From Acidimicrobiia bacterium (lineage in GTDB: Bacteria; Actinomycetota; Acidimicrobiia; Spongiisociales; ZC4RG35), in NCBI GenBank assembly GCA_050329955.1, contig JBHJOH010000013.1, positions 988-64,987 on the forward strand: a DNA stretch of 64,000 nt. The letters run 5' to 3'. Positions 18,633 to 28,900 of this stretch are shown here, piece by piece. The notes beneath the pieces were generated by a model, which had not been told where the DNA came from, did not search any database, and saw only the letters and a program-made list of their open reading frames with translations. Positions within the stretch are counted from its first letter, which is position 1; every line of letters starts with the position of its first letter. A program made the position numbers and the translations under genes.

Positions 18633-18971
18633 ATGCTGCTGAATGTGACTCGGACCGAGAACGAGCGTGGGTGGACCATGCTCTCGGTCAAGGGCGAAAT
18701 CGACATCGCCACAGCCGGGATACTGGATGAGGCGATCGAGCAGGCCGTGACGGATGGTCGGACCCGGATTGCGGTCGACCTCGAGGGGGTTTCATTCATG
18801 GACTCGACCGGTCTCCGGACCCTGATCGTCGCTCATCGGCGACTGGGCGACGTCGGGGGGACGCTCGCCGTGATACCGGGTTCAGGGCCCATCAGGCGAC
18901 TCCTCGAGGTGGCAGGTGTGGTCGACACGCTCGAGATCGTGACTGTGGCAGGCGATCTGCCTCCGGCGTGA
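18633..18971 (+). CDS. STAS-domain anti-sigma-factor antagonist (RsbV/SpoIIAA-like)
   Basis: LSVKGEIDIATAGILDEAIEQAV...IAVDLEGVSFMDSTGLRTLIVAHRRL carries the conserved phosphorylatable Ser in DST. Confidence 0.9.
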   Translation: MLLNVTRTENERGWTMLSVKGEIDIATAGILDEAIEQAVTDGRTRIAVDLEGVSFMDSTGLRTLIVAHRRLGDVGGTLAVIPGSGPIRRLLEVAGVVDTLEIVTVAGDLPPA

Positions 18972-19309
18972 ACGTGGCACGGATCGTTCTCGACGGGGCC
19001 GCCGAGAACGTCGTGTTGGCGCGGGCCTTCGCGGCGGCGACGCTCCACGTGCTGGGGGTGCCTGACGACGATGTCGAAGGCGTTCGACTGATCGTGTCCG
19101 AGCTGGTCACGGCGCTCATCACCGATGGTGCCGACCGGGTGTTGATCGAGGTCATCGATGGTGACCAACCGGCCCTGCGCATCGGCTCCGACGGGACGTT
19201 GCCCAGCTTGACGGCGCCGGCGGGCCGGATCGTGGAAGCTTCTCTCGGGGTGGGCCTCGACGTGGCAGATGGCTGCTGGCGGGTCCCTCTCCGTGTGTTC
19301 CGGTCATGA
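18968..19309 (+). CDS. Degenerate RsbW-like protein
   Basis: GTGA overlap with the STAS gene. NVVLARAFAAATLHVLGVPDDDVEGVRLIVSELVTALITDG follows the anti-sigma-kinase N-terminal pattern. ATP-lid motifs are not evident. Confidence 0.55.
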   Translation: MNVARIVLDGAAENVVLARAFAAATLHVLGVPDDDVEGVRLIVSELVTALITDGADRVLIEVIDGDQPALRIGSDGTLPSLTAPAGRIVEASLGVGLDVADGCWRVPLRVFRS

Positions 19310-20382
19310 GTGACCGGCTCGTTCTCGAGGCCGATCGGCGTGCTCCGCAGCGGGCCAGGAAGTGGATGACCGCCAACGTGAGCCTCGATCCGATCCGTCG
19401 GGCCGAAGCGGCGCTGCTGCTCTCCGATCTGGTGACTCTGGTGGTGGCTCCCTCCGAGCCGATCACCGGGGCTGCGGTTGTGATCTCGGTACGGCCCGGG
19501 CCCACCGGTGTGGTGTTCTCGGTGAAGGGGTCGGAGGGACCGGTGGTCGACGACCTGATGGAACGGCTGCTCGACCAGGTGGCACGGCGCTGGGGGTCGG
19601 AGGAACACCCCGATGGCCGGCTGGTCTGGTTCGAGGTGCGACGCCCCGGCACGCTGGAGCCGGCGCTGTCGGCGCTGTCGACCGAAGAAGTCTTGGCCCG
19701 GGCACCCGGTGACCCGGACGCCCGCGACGAGGTGATCCGGCGGTTCAAGCCGTTGGCCCTGTCCCAGGCCCGTCGCTATCGCGGCAAGGGGATCTCGGAG
19801 GGAGACCTGGAGCAGGTCGCGCTGCTCGGCATGCTGAGGGCGTTGGATCGCTACGACCCGGAGTTCGGGGCTTTCGATCCCTTCGCCTCACGAACCATAT
19901 CGGGCGAGCTGAAGCGGCATTTCCGGGATCGAGCCTGGTCGGTGCGGGTACCCCGGGCCCTCCAGGAGCGGGTGCTCGATGTCGCCCGGGTCGGCCAGGA
20001 GCTGAGCCAGCGACTGGGCAGGGTTCCAACCCCCGCCGAGATAGCAGCCGTCCTCGACGTTGCCGCCGAAGATGTTCTCGAGGCCATGGGGGCTTCCCGT
20101 GCCTATTCGTCGATCTCGCTGGACACGCCCGACGAGGACACCGGATGGACGGTGGGTGATGCCCTCGGAGTCGAGGACATGGAGTTGGCCCTCACCGACC
20201 GTCGGCAGGGATTGGCCCCCGCCATGGCCGCGCTCCCCGAACGTGAGCGCCACATCCTCTATCTACGGTTCGTCGAGGACCTGACCCAGACCGAGATCGC
20301 CGACGCGGTGGGGATATCGCAGATGCACGTGTCCCGCCTGCTGGCACGGGCACTCGACAAACTCCGGGCGACCGTCGAATGA
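19306..20382 (+). CDS. SigB/SigF-type (group 3) sigma-70 factor with a ~135-aa N-terminal RsbW-like extension
   Basis: Sigma regions 2-4: DLEQVALLGMLRALDRYDPEFGAFDPFASRTISGELKRHFRDRAWSVRVPR ... LPERERHILYLRFVEDLTQTEIADAVGISQMHVSRLLARAL. The N-terminus LVLEADRRAPQRARKWM...AEAALLLSDLVTLVV...GRLVWFEV resembles the neighbouring RsbW-like proteins. Confidence 0.9.
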   Translation: MSDRLVLEADRRAPQRARKWMTANVSLDPIRRAEAALLLSDLVTLVVAPSEPITGAAVVISVRPGPTGVVFSVKGSEGPVVDDLMERLLDQVARRWGSEEHPDGRLVWFEVRRPGTLEPALSALSTEEVLARAPGDPDARDEVIRRFKPLALSQARRYRGKGISEGDLEQVALLGMLRALDRYDPEFGAFDPFASRTISGELKRHFRDRAWSVRVPRALQERVLDVARVGQELSQRLGRVPTPAEIAAVLDVAAEDVLEAMGASRAYSSISLDTPDEDTGWTVGDALGVEDMELALTDRRQGLAPAMAALPERERHILYLRFVEDLTQTEIADAVGISQMHVSRLLARALDKLRATVE

Positions 20383-20642
20383 GCACTCAGGTTGCGGCCT
20401 CGGAGACCGAAGAGACCACCGTGAACATGCGATCGAGTGCCGTGGTCCTGAGCGGGTCCTCGAGCACGCCCGGGCCGACCACCCCCAACCTGGTGGTGCG
20501 TGAGGGGTCCGCCTGGTGGGCCGCCACCCCGCACACGGGGGTGTGGCCGGTCACGTTCCCAGCCGGTCCCATTGCGGAAGCAGGTCCCGATGTACGACCG
20601 GATGAGGTTTGCCTTGTATCTGCGGGGATCGCGCTACCGTGA
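20379..20642 (+). CDS. Hypothetical small protein, translationally coupled to the sigma factor
   Basis: ATGA overlap with the sigma-factor stop. GC-rich third codon positions over most of its length. No family recognised. Confidence 0.35.
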   Translation: MSTQVAASETEETTVNMRSSAVVLSGSSSTPGPTTPNLVVREGSAWWAATPHTGVWPVTFPAGPIAEAGPDVRPDEVCLVSAGIALP

Positions 20643-20670
20643 TCGGAGGGGTCCAAGGAACGTTGGAGCC

Positions 20671-21048
20671 ATGGCATCGTCGCCGGTACACAAGGTGATC
20701 ACCCACCGACTCGAGGTAGATCCTTCGGCGCCGGGCCGGGCGCGAAGGTTGGTCGCCGAGGCACTGGCACACCACCCTCGGATCGACGACATCCTCCTCG
20801 CCACCAGTGAGCTGGTCACCAACGTGGTGCGTCATGGCCGAGAGCTGACTCATGCCGAGCTCACGCTGGATCACCTCGACGGCTCGGTGACGGTGGGGGT
20901 CCGCCAGCGCGGTGGCCAGTTCGACCGTGTGCAGCACCTGGCCACCGATCCGCACGGTCGCGGGCTGTCGATCGTCGAGGCGGTGACCGATCGGTGGGGC
21001 GTCGAAGACGACGCGGACCTGCTGGTCTGGTTCGAAGTCTCGGGCTGA
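20671..21048 (+). CDS. RsbW-like anti-sigma factor (HATPase_c_2)
   Basis: LEVDPSAPGRARRLVAEALAHHPRIDDILLATSELVTNVVRHG...GRGLSIVEAVTDRWGVEDDADLLVWFEV. Trimmed from track ORF 20500..21048. Confidence 0.8.
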   Translation: MASSPVHKVITHRLEVDPSAPGRARRLVAEALAHHPRIDDILLATSELVTNVVRHGRELTHAELTLDHLDGSVTVGVRQRGGQFDRVQHLATDPHGRGLSIVEAVTDRWGVEDDADLLVWFEVSG

Positions 21049-21140
21049 GGACGCCCGGAGGCGAACGATCAGTCTGAGTTCGAGCGAAGAGACCTGGGTG
21101 ACCAAGCCTTCACAACAACTCCAGCGGCGTGGTCGTGGGG

Positions 21141-23282
21141 TCACCGCCCCTGCCCGGAGGTGAGACTGATAACCAGGATGGTGGCGTCGTCGTCGGCCTC
21201 GTCCGCTAGTTTGACCAGGTCGTCGGTGATCACGGCGACATTGCACGGCAGCGTCTCCAGACGGCTGCGCAGCGCCTGCAACGAAGCGTCGATATCCCGA
21301 TCGCGCCGTTCCACGACTCCGTCGGTGTACATGACCAGACAGTGCTCGGGCTCGAGGGTGATGACGTGGTCACCCCCGCCGAGCTCGCCCACGCCGAGCG
21401 GGGGAGCGAGCGGAACGTCGATGGTCTTCACCAGTCCGTGGCCCACCATGACCGGGGGGAGGTGACCGGCCGATGCCAGGGTCACGGTGCCGCGTTCGGG
21501 GTCGACTTCGGCGCACAGCATCGTCGAGGCGAGTGCGCTGCGATCGTTGGAGGCGAAGACGCTCAACGCTGTCAGGACCTCGGTTGGGCTGCGCCCCTCG
21601 GAGATGAGCAATCGAGCCGACTGGCGGAGTTGCGCCATCGTCGCCACCGCCTCCAGGCCTCGGCCCACCACGTCGCCGATGACATACATGGCGGTGCCCC
21701 GGGGCGTGGCGACCACGTCATACCAGTCGCCCCCGACCGAGCCCTCTCCGGCCGGCCGGTAGAAGGCGGCTGCATCCACCCGGTCACAGCTGACCTCGAC
21801 CGGTGGGGCCAACGCCGCCTGCAGGGTCTCGGCCACGGTGTTGATACGATCGAACAGGCTGCTGCGTTCCAAGGCCACGCCGACATGCTGGGCGATGGAG
21901 TCGAGGAGTCGTCGCTCCCCGGCCGGGAACGCATGGTCGGTCGCCCCCACGAACCCGATCGCCCCCAGGAGGCCCCGGGCTCCGTACAGCGGAACGGCGG
22001 CGAACGACCCGGATGGCACCGTGGTCATCACCTCGGCCAGGTTCGGAAACCGGTTCACCAACTCGCCCACCGTTTCGTAGTACACCGGCTCCCCTCCCAG
22101 AATGGCCTCGTTGAACGGGCCGGGCTGGCGGAGGGTGGGGGCCATCGCCGTCAGGCGCCCGGGGTCATAACCGGCGCTGGCCACGATTCGAGGGCCGTCC
22201 TCTGTGCTGAGGACCACCGCTCCCCGGTCGGCGGTGGTGGCTGCGATGGCCCGTTCGATGGCGGTCTGGGCGACCTCCCGGATCGTCGATGCCTTGGACA
22301 GCCCTGAGATCACCTCCTGCAGGTTGGCGAGTTGCGATGAGGTGCGCTCCGCCCGCCTTCGGGCGGACTCGGCTTCCTCCCACAACCGGGCGGTCTCGAT
22401 CGCCATCCCTGCCCGTCGGCCGAGGTCCTCGGCGAAGCTCACGTCCTCGGGTCCGAAGCGGTAGGGGGTTTCGGCGCAGATCAGCGTCATCAGCCCTACC
22501 ACCCGACCCCTTCCGAGCAGGGGTGCCACGATCGCCGAGCGCAACCCGAGCGATCGCATCACTTCGTAGTGGTGGTCATCGACGGCTCCGGCCCGAACCA
22601 TCTCGTCGGTCACATGCGCGATCAGCACCGGACGTCGGGTGGCCACTGCTTCGGCGCCGACCCCGGCGGGTTCCACCGGTGCCGGGTACTCGTGCTGTAG
22701 CCGCCTGGCGAGGTCCTCCCGGGCCGGGTCGTGGTGCGCCACTGTGGGCGGACGGTCCATGTCGAAGACTTCCACCACGCACCAGTCGGAGAGGTCCGCC
22801 ACCAGCAGACGGGTGATCCGCTCGACGGTCTCATCGACGGTGAGTCCCTGGGCCAGGATCTCACCGGCGATGACGAGGAATCGGTCCTGTTCGTGTCGGC
22901 GCTTGCGACCGGTTATGTCCGACATGACACCCACCATGCGATGGGCGGTGCCCTGGTCGTCGACCACCACGTGACCCCGGCTCGAGATCCAGTGGATCGA
23001 GCCGTCCGCCCAGGGCACCCGGAACTCGGTTTCGAAGTCGCCCTTGCTCGCCAGGGCTAGATCGAGTGCCTCCTGCACGGCGACCCGGTCGTCGGGGTGG
23101 ACAGACTCCAGCACGACCGCATAGGAAGCGGGCTGGTACCCGCGCTCATGGCCGAACAGAGGTCCGGTGTTGGCCGACCAGCGGATCGACCCGGTTCCGA
23201 GATCCCACACCCAGGCGGCGGTATCGGTACCTTCCAGAGCCTCGAGGACTTCGAGAACTGAAGCGAGCTGTGTGGTGTGCAT
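21141..23282 (-). CDS. PAS-GAF-GAF-PP2C (SpoIIE/RsbU-type) serine phosphatase
   Basis: PAS (WVWDLGTGSIRWSANTGPLFG...FRVPWADGSIHWISSRGHVV), two GAF-like segments, and C-terminal PP2C motifs (GGDWYDV...VIGDVVGRGLEAVATMAQLR...YTDGVVERRD). Start trimmed to MHTTQL (23282). Confidence 0.9.
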   Translation of the reverse strand: MHTTQLASVLEVLEALEGTDTAAWVWDLGTGSIRWSANTGPLFGHERGYQPASYAVVLESVHPDDRVAVQEALDLALASKGDFETEFRVPWADGSIHWISSRGHVVVDDQGTAHRMVGVMSDITGRKRRHEQDRFLVIAGEILAQGLTVDETVERITRLLVADLSDWCVVEVFDMDRPPTVAHHDPAREDLARRLQHEYPAPVEPAGVGAEAVATRRPVLIAHVTDEMVRAGAVDDHHYEVMRSLGLRSAIVAPLLGRGRVVGLMTLICAETPYRFGPEDVSFAEDLGRRAGMAIETARLWEEAESARRRAERTSSQLANLQEVISGLSKASTIREVAQTAIERAIAATTADRGAVVLSTEDGPRIVASAGYDPGRLTAMAPTLRQPGPFNEAILGGEPVYYETVGELVNRFPNLAEVMTTVPSGSFAAVPLYGARGLLGAIGFVGATDHAFPAGERRLLDSIAQHVGVALERSSLFDRINTVAETLQAALAPPVEVSCDRVDAAAFYRPAGEGSVGGDWYDVVATPRGTAMYVIGDVVGRGLEAVATMAQLRQSARLLISEGRSPTEVLTALSVFASNDRSALASTMLCAEVDPERGTVTLASAGHLPPVMVGHGLVKTIDVPLAPPLGVGELGGGDHVITLEPEHCLVMYTDGVVERRDRDIDASLQALRSRLETLPCNVAVITDDLVKLADEADDDATILVISLTSGQGR

Positions 23283-23479
23283 GGCCCTTGTGGTGAACCT
23301 ACTCGTACGCCAAGACCCTCTCTGCAGCACGAGCCTACCGACGATCCCGCGGCTCGGGACCCGGCCGGTGTGAAGCGCCGACCGCCCGGAGCCGGCGCTC
23401 GCCGCGGCCGCCGACTTGGAACAGGGCGTCGCGCGGAAACTCCCCGGTCGCCACCCGCTCCGTGCCCTACATTCGGGGC

Positions 23480-24508
23480 ATGTTCACTCCCATCCCCACC
23501 GATCGTCTTTTGATCAGAGCGTTCGCCGCCGACGACGCCCAGGGCTTGTGGGAACGGCGCAACGATCCCGAGGTGGCCCGCCATCAGAACTGGACCGTGC
23601 CGTTCCCGAGGGATGAGGTCGACACGCTGGTGGCCGAGCTGATCGCCATGGACGGGCCTACCAACGATGAGTGGTGGATGGCTGTCGTCGCCGACGCCAT
23701 CACCGGTGAGGTGTACGGCGACGTGGCGCTGCACCTGGGTTCGCAGGGCCGCATCGCCGAGGTGGGATACACCTTCGCGGCGGCGCACTGGGGAAAGGGG
23801 TACGCCGCCGAGGCCGTGCAAGGCCTGGTCGACCACCTGTTCGAAGTGGTGGGCGTAACGAGGGTGTTCGGGATGCTCCACCCCGACAACCGGTCGTCGG
23901 CGATGGTGCTGGAGCGGGTCGGATTCCTGTTCGAGGGGCACACGCGGCTCTCGTTCTGGCTGGGGGACGAGAACTCCGACGATCACATCTACGGGATGAT
24001 CCGACCGGACTGGGAAGCCTGGCGAAACCGTCCCCGCACGCCACCATCCGAGCTGCGCCTCGTCCCGGTCGCCGCCGACAGCTCGGGTGCGGTGCTGGGG
24101 CTGTCGACGCACAAGACCCAGGAGGCCTTTGTCGCCCCCATGCTCGATTCGTTTGCCGACGCCCTCTTCCCCGAGGTGGTGGACGGCGCTGCGGTGGTGC
24201 CGTGGATGCGGGCGATCGAGGCCGATGGCGAGACCGTGGGGTTCATGATGGTGGCCCTCACCACCGAGCACCATCCCGAGCCGTATCTGTGGAGGCTGCT
24301 GATCGATCGGGTGCACCAGCGCCGGGGTATCGCCTCCCGGACGCTCGATCTGCTCGCGAACGAGTTGCGGGCGATGGGGGACACCACCGTCCTGGTGAGC
24401 TGGGTGGAAGGTAAGGGCTCCCCCGATCGCTTCTACCTGGCGCGGGGATTCGAGCCGACCGGCACCATCGTCGACGGTGAGATCGAGGCTCGTAAGCGGT
24501 TGGTGTGA
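23480..24508 (+). CDS. Tandem GNAT-domain N-acetyltransferase (RimJ/RimL-like N-domain plus a second GNAT)
   Basis: TDRLLIRAFAADDAQGLWERRNDPEV...IAEVGYTFAAAHWGKGYAAEAV (domain 1) and LWRLLIDRVHQRRGIASRTLDLL...FYLARGFEPTG (domain 2). Confidence 0.85.
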   Translation: MFTPIPTDRLLIRAFAADDAQGLWERRNDPEVARHQNWTVPFPRDEVDTLVAELIAMDGPTNDEWWMAVVADAITGEVYGDVALHLGSQGRIAEVGYTFAAAHWGKGYAAEAVQGLVDHLFEVVGVTRVFGMLHPDNRSSAMVLERVGFLFEGHTRLSFWLGDENSDDHIYGMIRPDWEAWRNRPRTPPSELRLVPVAADSSGAVLGLSTHKTQEAFVAPMLDSFADALFPEVVDGAAVVPWMRAIEADGETVGFMMVALTTEHHPEPYLWRLLIDRVHQRRGIASRTLDLLANELRAMGDTTVLVSWVEGKGSPDRFYLARGFEPTGTIVDGEIEARKRLV

Positions 24509-24554
24509 CCGACGCCTATCGTCTCGTCGGAGCACACACGAGAGGATCGATCTC

Positions 24555-24920
24555 ATGGCCACCCTGCACATGCGCGCCGGCGAGCTCGCCACCACCGAGA
24601 TGGAGGACTGGGGTCCTCTGGAGCTGCCGTTGGCCTCCGCACTTGGCGAGCCCATGCCAACCCACGGACTGTCGCTCTACGAAACAGTCGACGGCGCCCT
24701 CATGACCGGCACCTGGCAGTGCGGCCCGGGTGAGAGCCGCTGGGGCTTCACCGACAACGCCGAGTTCATCCACGTGCTGTCGGGTTCGATGACCTGCGTC
24801 GAGGACGACGGCACCGTGACCGAGGTCACACCCGGGTCGACCGTGGTGTTCCCCAAGGGCTGGGCGGGCACGTGGACCATCCACGAAACCCTGCGCAAGG
24901 TCTACGTCATCTTCGCCTGA
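24555..24920 (+). CDS. Cupin-fold protein (DUF861/EutQ-like)
   Basis: GTWQCGPGESRWGFTDNAEFIHVLSGSMTCVEDDGTVTEVTPGSTVVFPKGWAGTWTIHETLRKVYV is the characteristic cupin_3 pattern. Confidence 0.75.
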   Translation: MATLHMRAGELATTEMEDWGPLELPLASALGEPMPTHGLSLYETVDGALMTGTWQCGPGESRWGFTDNAEFIHVLSGSMTCVEDDGTVTEVTPGSTVVFPKGWAGTWTIHETLRKVYVIFA

Positions 24921-24940
24921 GCGGTTCGCGGTACGCTGTC

Positions 24941-25708
24941 TCAGGCCGGCACGAGGGTGCCGGCGAACACCTGCCAGGCGAGGGCGGACTTGGCCGCCAG
25001 GCTGAGCACGATGTAGGTGCGCTCGCCGGTCAGATAGCTCTTCCAACGTCCCACCTGCCGGTACTGAAGCCACTGGGTGAGGGCGAAGCTGTTGAAGAAC
25101 AGGAACAGCGAAAAGAAGATGCCGTACACGAAGCCGGGCGCCTGGGCGTCGCTACCGGGCGAGGCCAGATACACCCCGATGGCGATCCACGGCACCACCC
25201 CGAGGACGCACCCCATCCAGAACGGCCACAACGAGCCGCCCGGCGCCTCGTAGCGTTCCTGTACCGACCCGAAGAAGATCATGCCGGCGTTGACGCCGAA
25301 CAACGCCACCAACGCGGCGATGTCGGTGATCCCGGGGAGTGCCGCGATGAGCACGATCATGATCGACGACGAAAGCGAGTACTCGATCCAGCGGAACTGG
25401 TTCTGGCCCCGCGACAGCTGGTCGCGGTAGCGGGCGGGGAACACGCCTGCGATCAGAAAATGGAACAGCGCCGACAGGAACAGGAACCCCGCCACCCCCC
25501 ACGCCACCGACAGGTCGAAGAGCACCGTCGGGTCCGAGGCCGGCGTGCCGGGCGGGCCCTCGATGTTGGAGATCGTCACCGGTAGCGTGAAATCGGTGGC
25601 GAGGGCCACAACCCCCAACCCCTGGGCGGCGTGGAGCGCACCCATCACCCAGTTGGCCCGTCGGAGGCGCCCAAAATCGTGATCGGTCACTTGAACCGTG
25701 CTGGCCAT
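24941..25708 (-). CDS. Heliorhodopsin (7-TM retinal protein)
   Basis: Strong resemblance to my recollection of heliorhodopsin 48C12: FRWIEYSLSSSIMIVLIA (counterion Glu, E109, codon 25382..25384), GFVYGIFFSLFLFFNSFALTQWLQY, and ERTYIVLSLAAKSALAWQVFAGTLVPA with the Schiff-base Lys (K240, codon 24989..24991). 255 aa. Confidence 0.9.
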   Translation of the reverse strand: MASTVQVTDHDFGRLRRANWVMGALHAAQGLGVVALATDFTLPVTISNIEGPPGTPASDPTVLFDLSVAWGVAGFLFLSALFHFLIAGVFPARYRDQLSRGQNQFRWIEYSLSSSIMIVLIAALPGITDIAALVALFGVNAGMIFFGSVQERYEAPGGSLWPFWMGCVLGVVPWIAIGVYLASPGSDAQAPGFVYGIFFSLFLFFNSFALTQWLQYRQVGRWKSYLTGERTYIVLSLAAKSALAWQVFAGTLVPA

Positions 25709-25955
25709 GTTCCTGTGCCTGACTTTTGTGGATTCCGGCCCACCCTACGCCGACTGGCGGCCTTGTTCTCATCGACGTGGGGTGGGGGGTTCGAAAGCCC
25801 GTGCGAGAACGCCCGATCAGCTCGCGACGGAGATGCCCTACGCCTCCGCTTGACCCCATGGCTTCGCCTGGGCCGATGGACCCGTTCATGGAAGACCACT
25901 TTTTCGCGGGGCGGACAGGTCGATAGGAACCCTCGTGGCGTCGAGGGGATGTGTT

Positions 25956-28900
25956 GTGAAACGGAAGATCGTGGCGGCCTTTGCCGCCTTCGCAGTCGGT
26001 GTGTCGCTGGTGTCGCTGTTCGGTGTCGAGCCGGTCTCGGCCGGCGGGACGCCGGACATCACGCTCCAAAAGAGCATGCCGGCGGAAACGCTGTACGGCG
26101 ACACCACTGCCGTCACGCTCACGGCATCCAACGCCACCGGCACCGACGGGTACAACCTGAGCTTCAACGACGTGCTTCCTCCGGGTGTCACCCTCGCCTC
26201 GTCGTCGCCCACCCCGTCGAGCTCCTTCACCGACGGATCGGGCAACCTGGTGCTCATCTGGGAGAACGTCGCCGACTTGCAGGCCGGGACCACCTACTCG
26301 GTCTCCTACGAGTTCACGGCCGGCTCCGGTACCTACGACGTGGGCGACACCGTCGCCAACACCGCCGGTGCCTTTGTCAGCGCCGACCCCCGGTTCGTTC
26401 CCGACTTCGACCCTGCCACCGGTGCGGCCATCGACGACTTCGACGGGTGGGCCACTGACACCGCCACCACCGAGCTGGTGCCGTTCATGCTCGAGAAGTC
26501 CGAGCCGAACGCCGAGGCGGAGCTGCTGCGGGGTGTGCACGACCATCAGACCGTGTACACGCTGACGGTCACCAACAACCTGGTCGGTCCGACCACCGCC
26601 TTCGAGATCGAGGACTTCCTGCCGCCCGGGCTCGAGTTCCTGGGATGCGGGACCACCGACAACACCACTTCCGGCGAGGAGTATCCCGGCGCAGGCGTGA
26701 TCAACCCGGGCAACGCCCCCACCCTCACCCACCCCTGCCCCACCCCCTCCACGGTCGAGACGGTCACCACCGACCCGGACGGTGCCGGTCCGATGCCGAA
26801 CGACGTCTACACCCGCGTGGTGTGGACCGCAGCAGACCTGACCGCGGCGCTCGGCTCCGCCAACCTTGCTGCGTCGGGAACCTTCTCGATCGACTACGTC
26901 GCCGCCATCCCACTCCGTGAGAACGTGATGTTCCCCGGGGGGACGCCCACCGACGGGACCCAGGGATCGAACCTCGACAACAACACCGGTTCGCTCACTG
27001 CTGACGAGCAGAGCCTCGAGAACCTCGCTACCGCCGAGGGCACCTACTCGGGGACCGTCTACGCCGACTCCGACACCTTCGTGGTCAGCGCCGAGGACGT
27101 GTCGATCCACAAGTCGGTGGACACGGCCGAGATCGAGCAGACCGGTGTGAGCACCTGGACGTTGCTGGTGGAGACCTCGGAGTACGCCACCAGCACCACC
27201 GACATCGTGGTCACCGATACCCTGCCGGACGGCCTGTGTCCGGTTGTGCCCGGCACCCCCTGTTCCGGATCCGCGGCTGCACCCAGCCCGGCCGCCGCAT
27301 CGGTCACCGGGAACGGCGACGGGACCTGGACACTCGTCTGGAACCTGGCCGACCTGCCGGCGCCGAACTCGACCTCGACCGTGACCTTCCGGTCGGTGGC
27401 CGAGGCCGCCTACGAGAACGGCGAGCCGGTGGCGGCCAACGACTCGTGGACCAACACCGTTGAGCTCACGTCCACGTCGGACGTCATCACCGCCAACGAC
27501 GGCTCCACCACTTCGCTTCCGATCCCCGACGCCTCCTCTGCCGGGCAGAGCGCCGGGGGCATCACCATCCAGAAGTCCATCTCCGAGCCGGTGGTCGGCA
27601 CCCTCACCTGCGGCGATGGCTCCACCGTCACCTGGGATCCCGCCCAGGCCGGCGACTTCCGACCAGGTGATCGGGTGTGCTGGAGACTGGTTATGAACTT
27701 CCCCGGCCTGCTCGACACCGTCGACGTCGCAGTCACCGACTTCCTCCCGGCCGGATTCGAGTTCGAGTCCACCACCTTCGGGGCCAACCACGACGCCGTC
27801 GGGTTCGCCTTCGACGCCGGCGCCGCCCTCCCCACCTGGACCAACCCCGGTGTCGACATCGGCGGTCAGACCTTCGAGGCCATCGTCTCGACCGTCATCG
27901 CCGACCCCGAGGCGGCCGGCGACGGCGACATCCTCGCCAACCTCATGAAGGTCACCTACGAGAACACCGCCGGGAACGTGTTCCAACTGCGGGACCAGGC
28001 CGATGCCACCTGGATCGAGCCCGAGCCCGTGCTCACCAAGGGCGTCATCGAGGTCGACGGAGCCGCCGTGGCCGGCGCTCCCGCCGACGGCGTCGAGATC
28101 CAGGCCGGCGATGTGGTCACCTACCGGGTGTCGGTCGCCAACGGGGGATCGCTCGATGCCGACGCCACCAGTGTTCGTGACGTGCTGCCGGCAGGGATCA
28201 CCTGCGCAGAGGTGTCGAACATCGACAACGGGGGTGCCTGCTCGGTCGGCAACAACTGGATTCAGTGGGACGGCCTGACCGTGGCCGCCGCCGGTTCGGT
28301 GAACCTCACCTATGACATCACCTATCCCACCGACATCGCCCCCGGCGAAGATTTCGACAACACCGCCGGCGTACGCAGCTACCGATCCGACACCAACCGG
28401 TCGGCGCCCGACAACGTCTTCACCTATGTGCCGTCGTCCAACATCGATCCGTCCCTCGAGGTCGACGCCAACGTCGGCCCGATCGAGGATCCGTCGGACG
28501 TGTTCGTGGCGGACGCCTCGATCGCCAAGGTGCGGTCGACCTCGGTGACCGAGTCGGGGAACACCAATGGCCAGGCCACCATCGGGGAGACCATCACCTA
28601 CACGGTGACGGCGGTCATCCCCGAAGGCAGCACCCTGCACGGTGGAGCCACCGTGACCGACTCGATCTCGACGCGCACGACCCACACGGCGGGGACCGCC
28701 ACGGTCACCCTCAACGGCGCCGCCCTGCCCGGTGGCTTCACGGTGAGCGATCTCGCAGGCAGCATCACGGTGACCTTCCCCGACCCCTACGTGAACCTGC
28801 CCGATTCGGGCGATGACACCCTGGTGATCGTGTTCACCGCCACCGTCGACGACGAGGCCGCCAACACCAGGACGTCGTCGTCGATCCCGAACTCGGCGAC

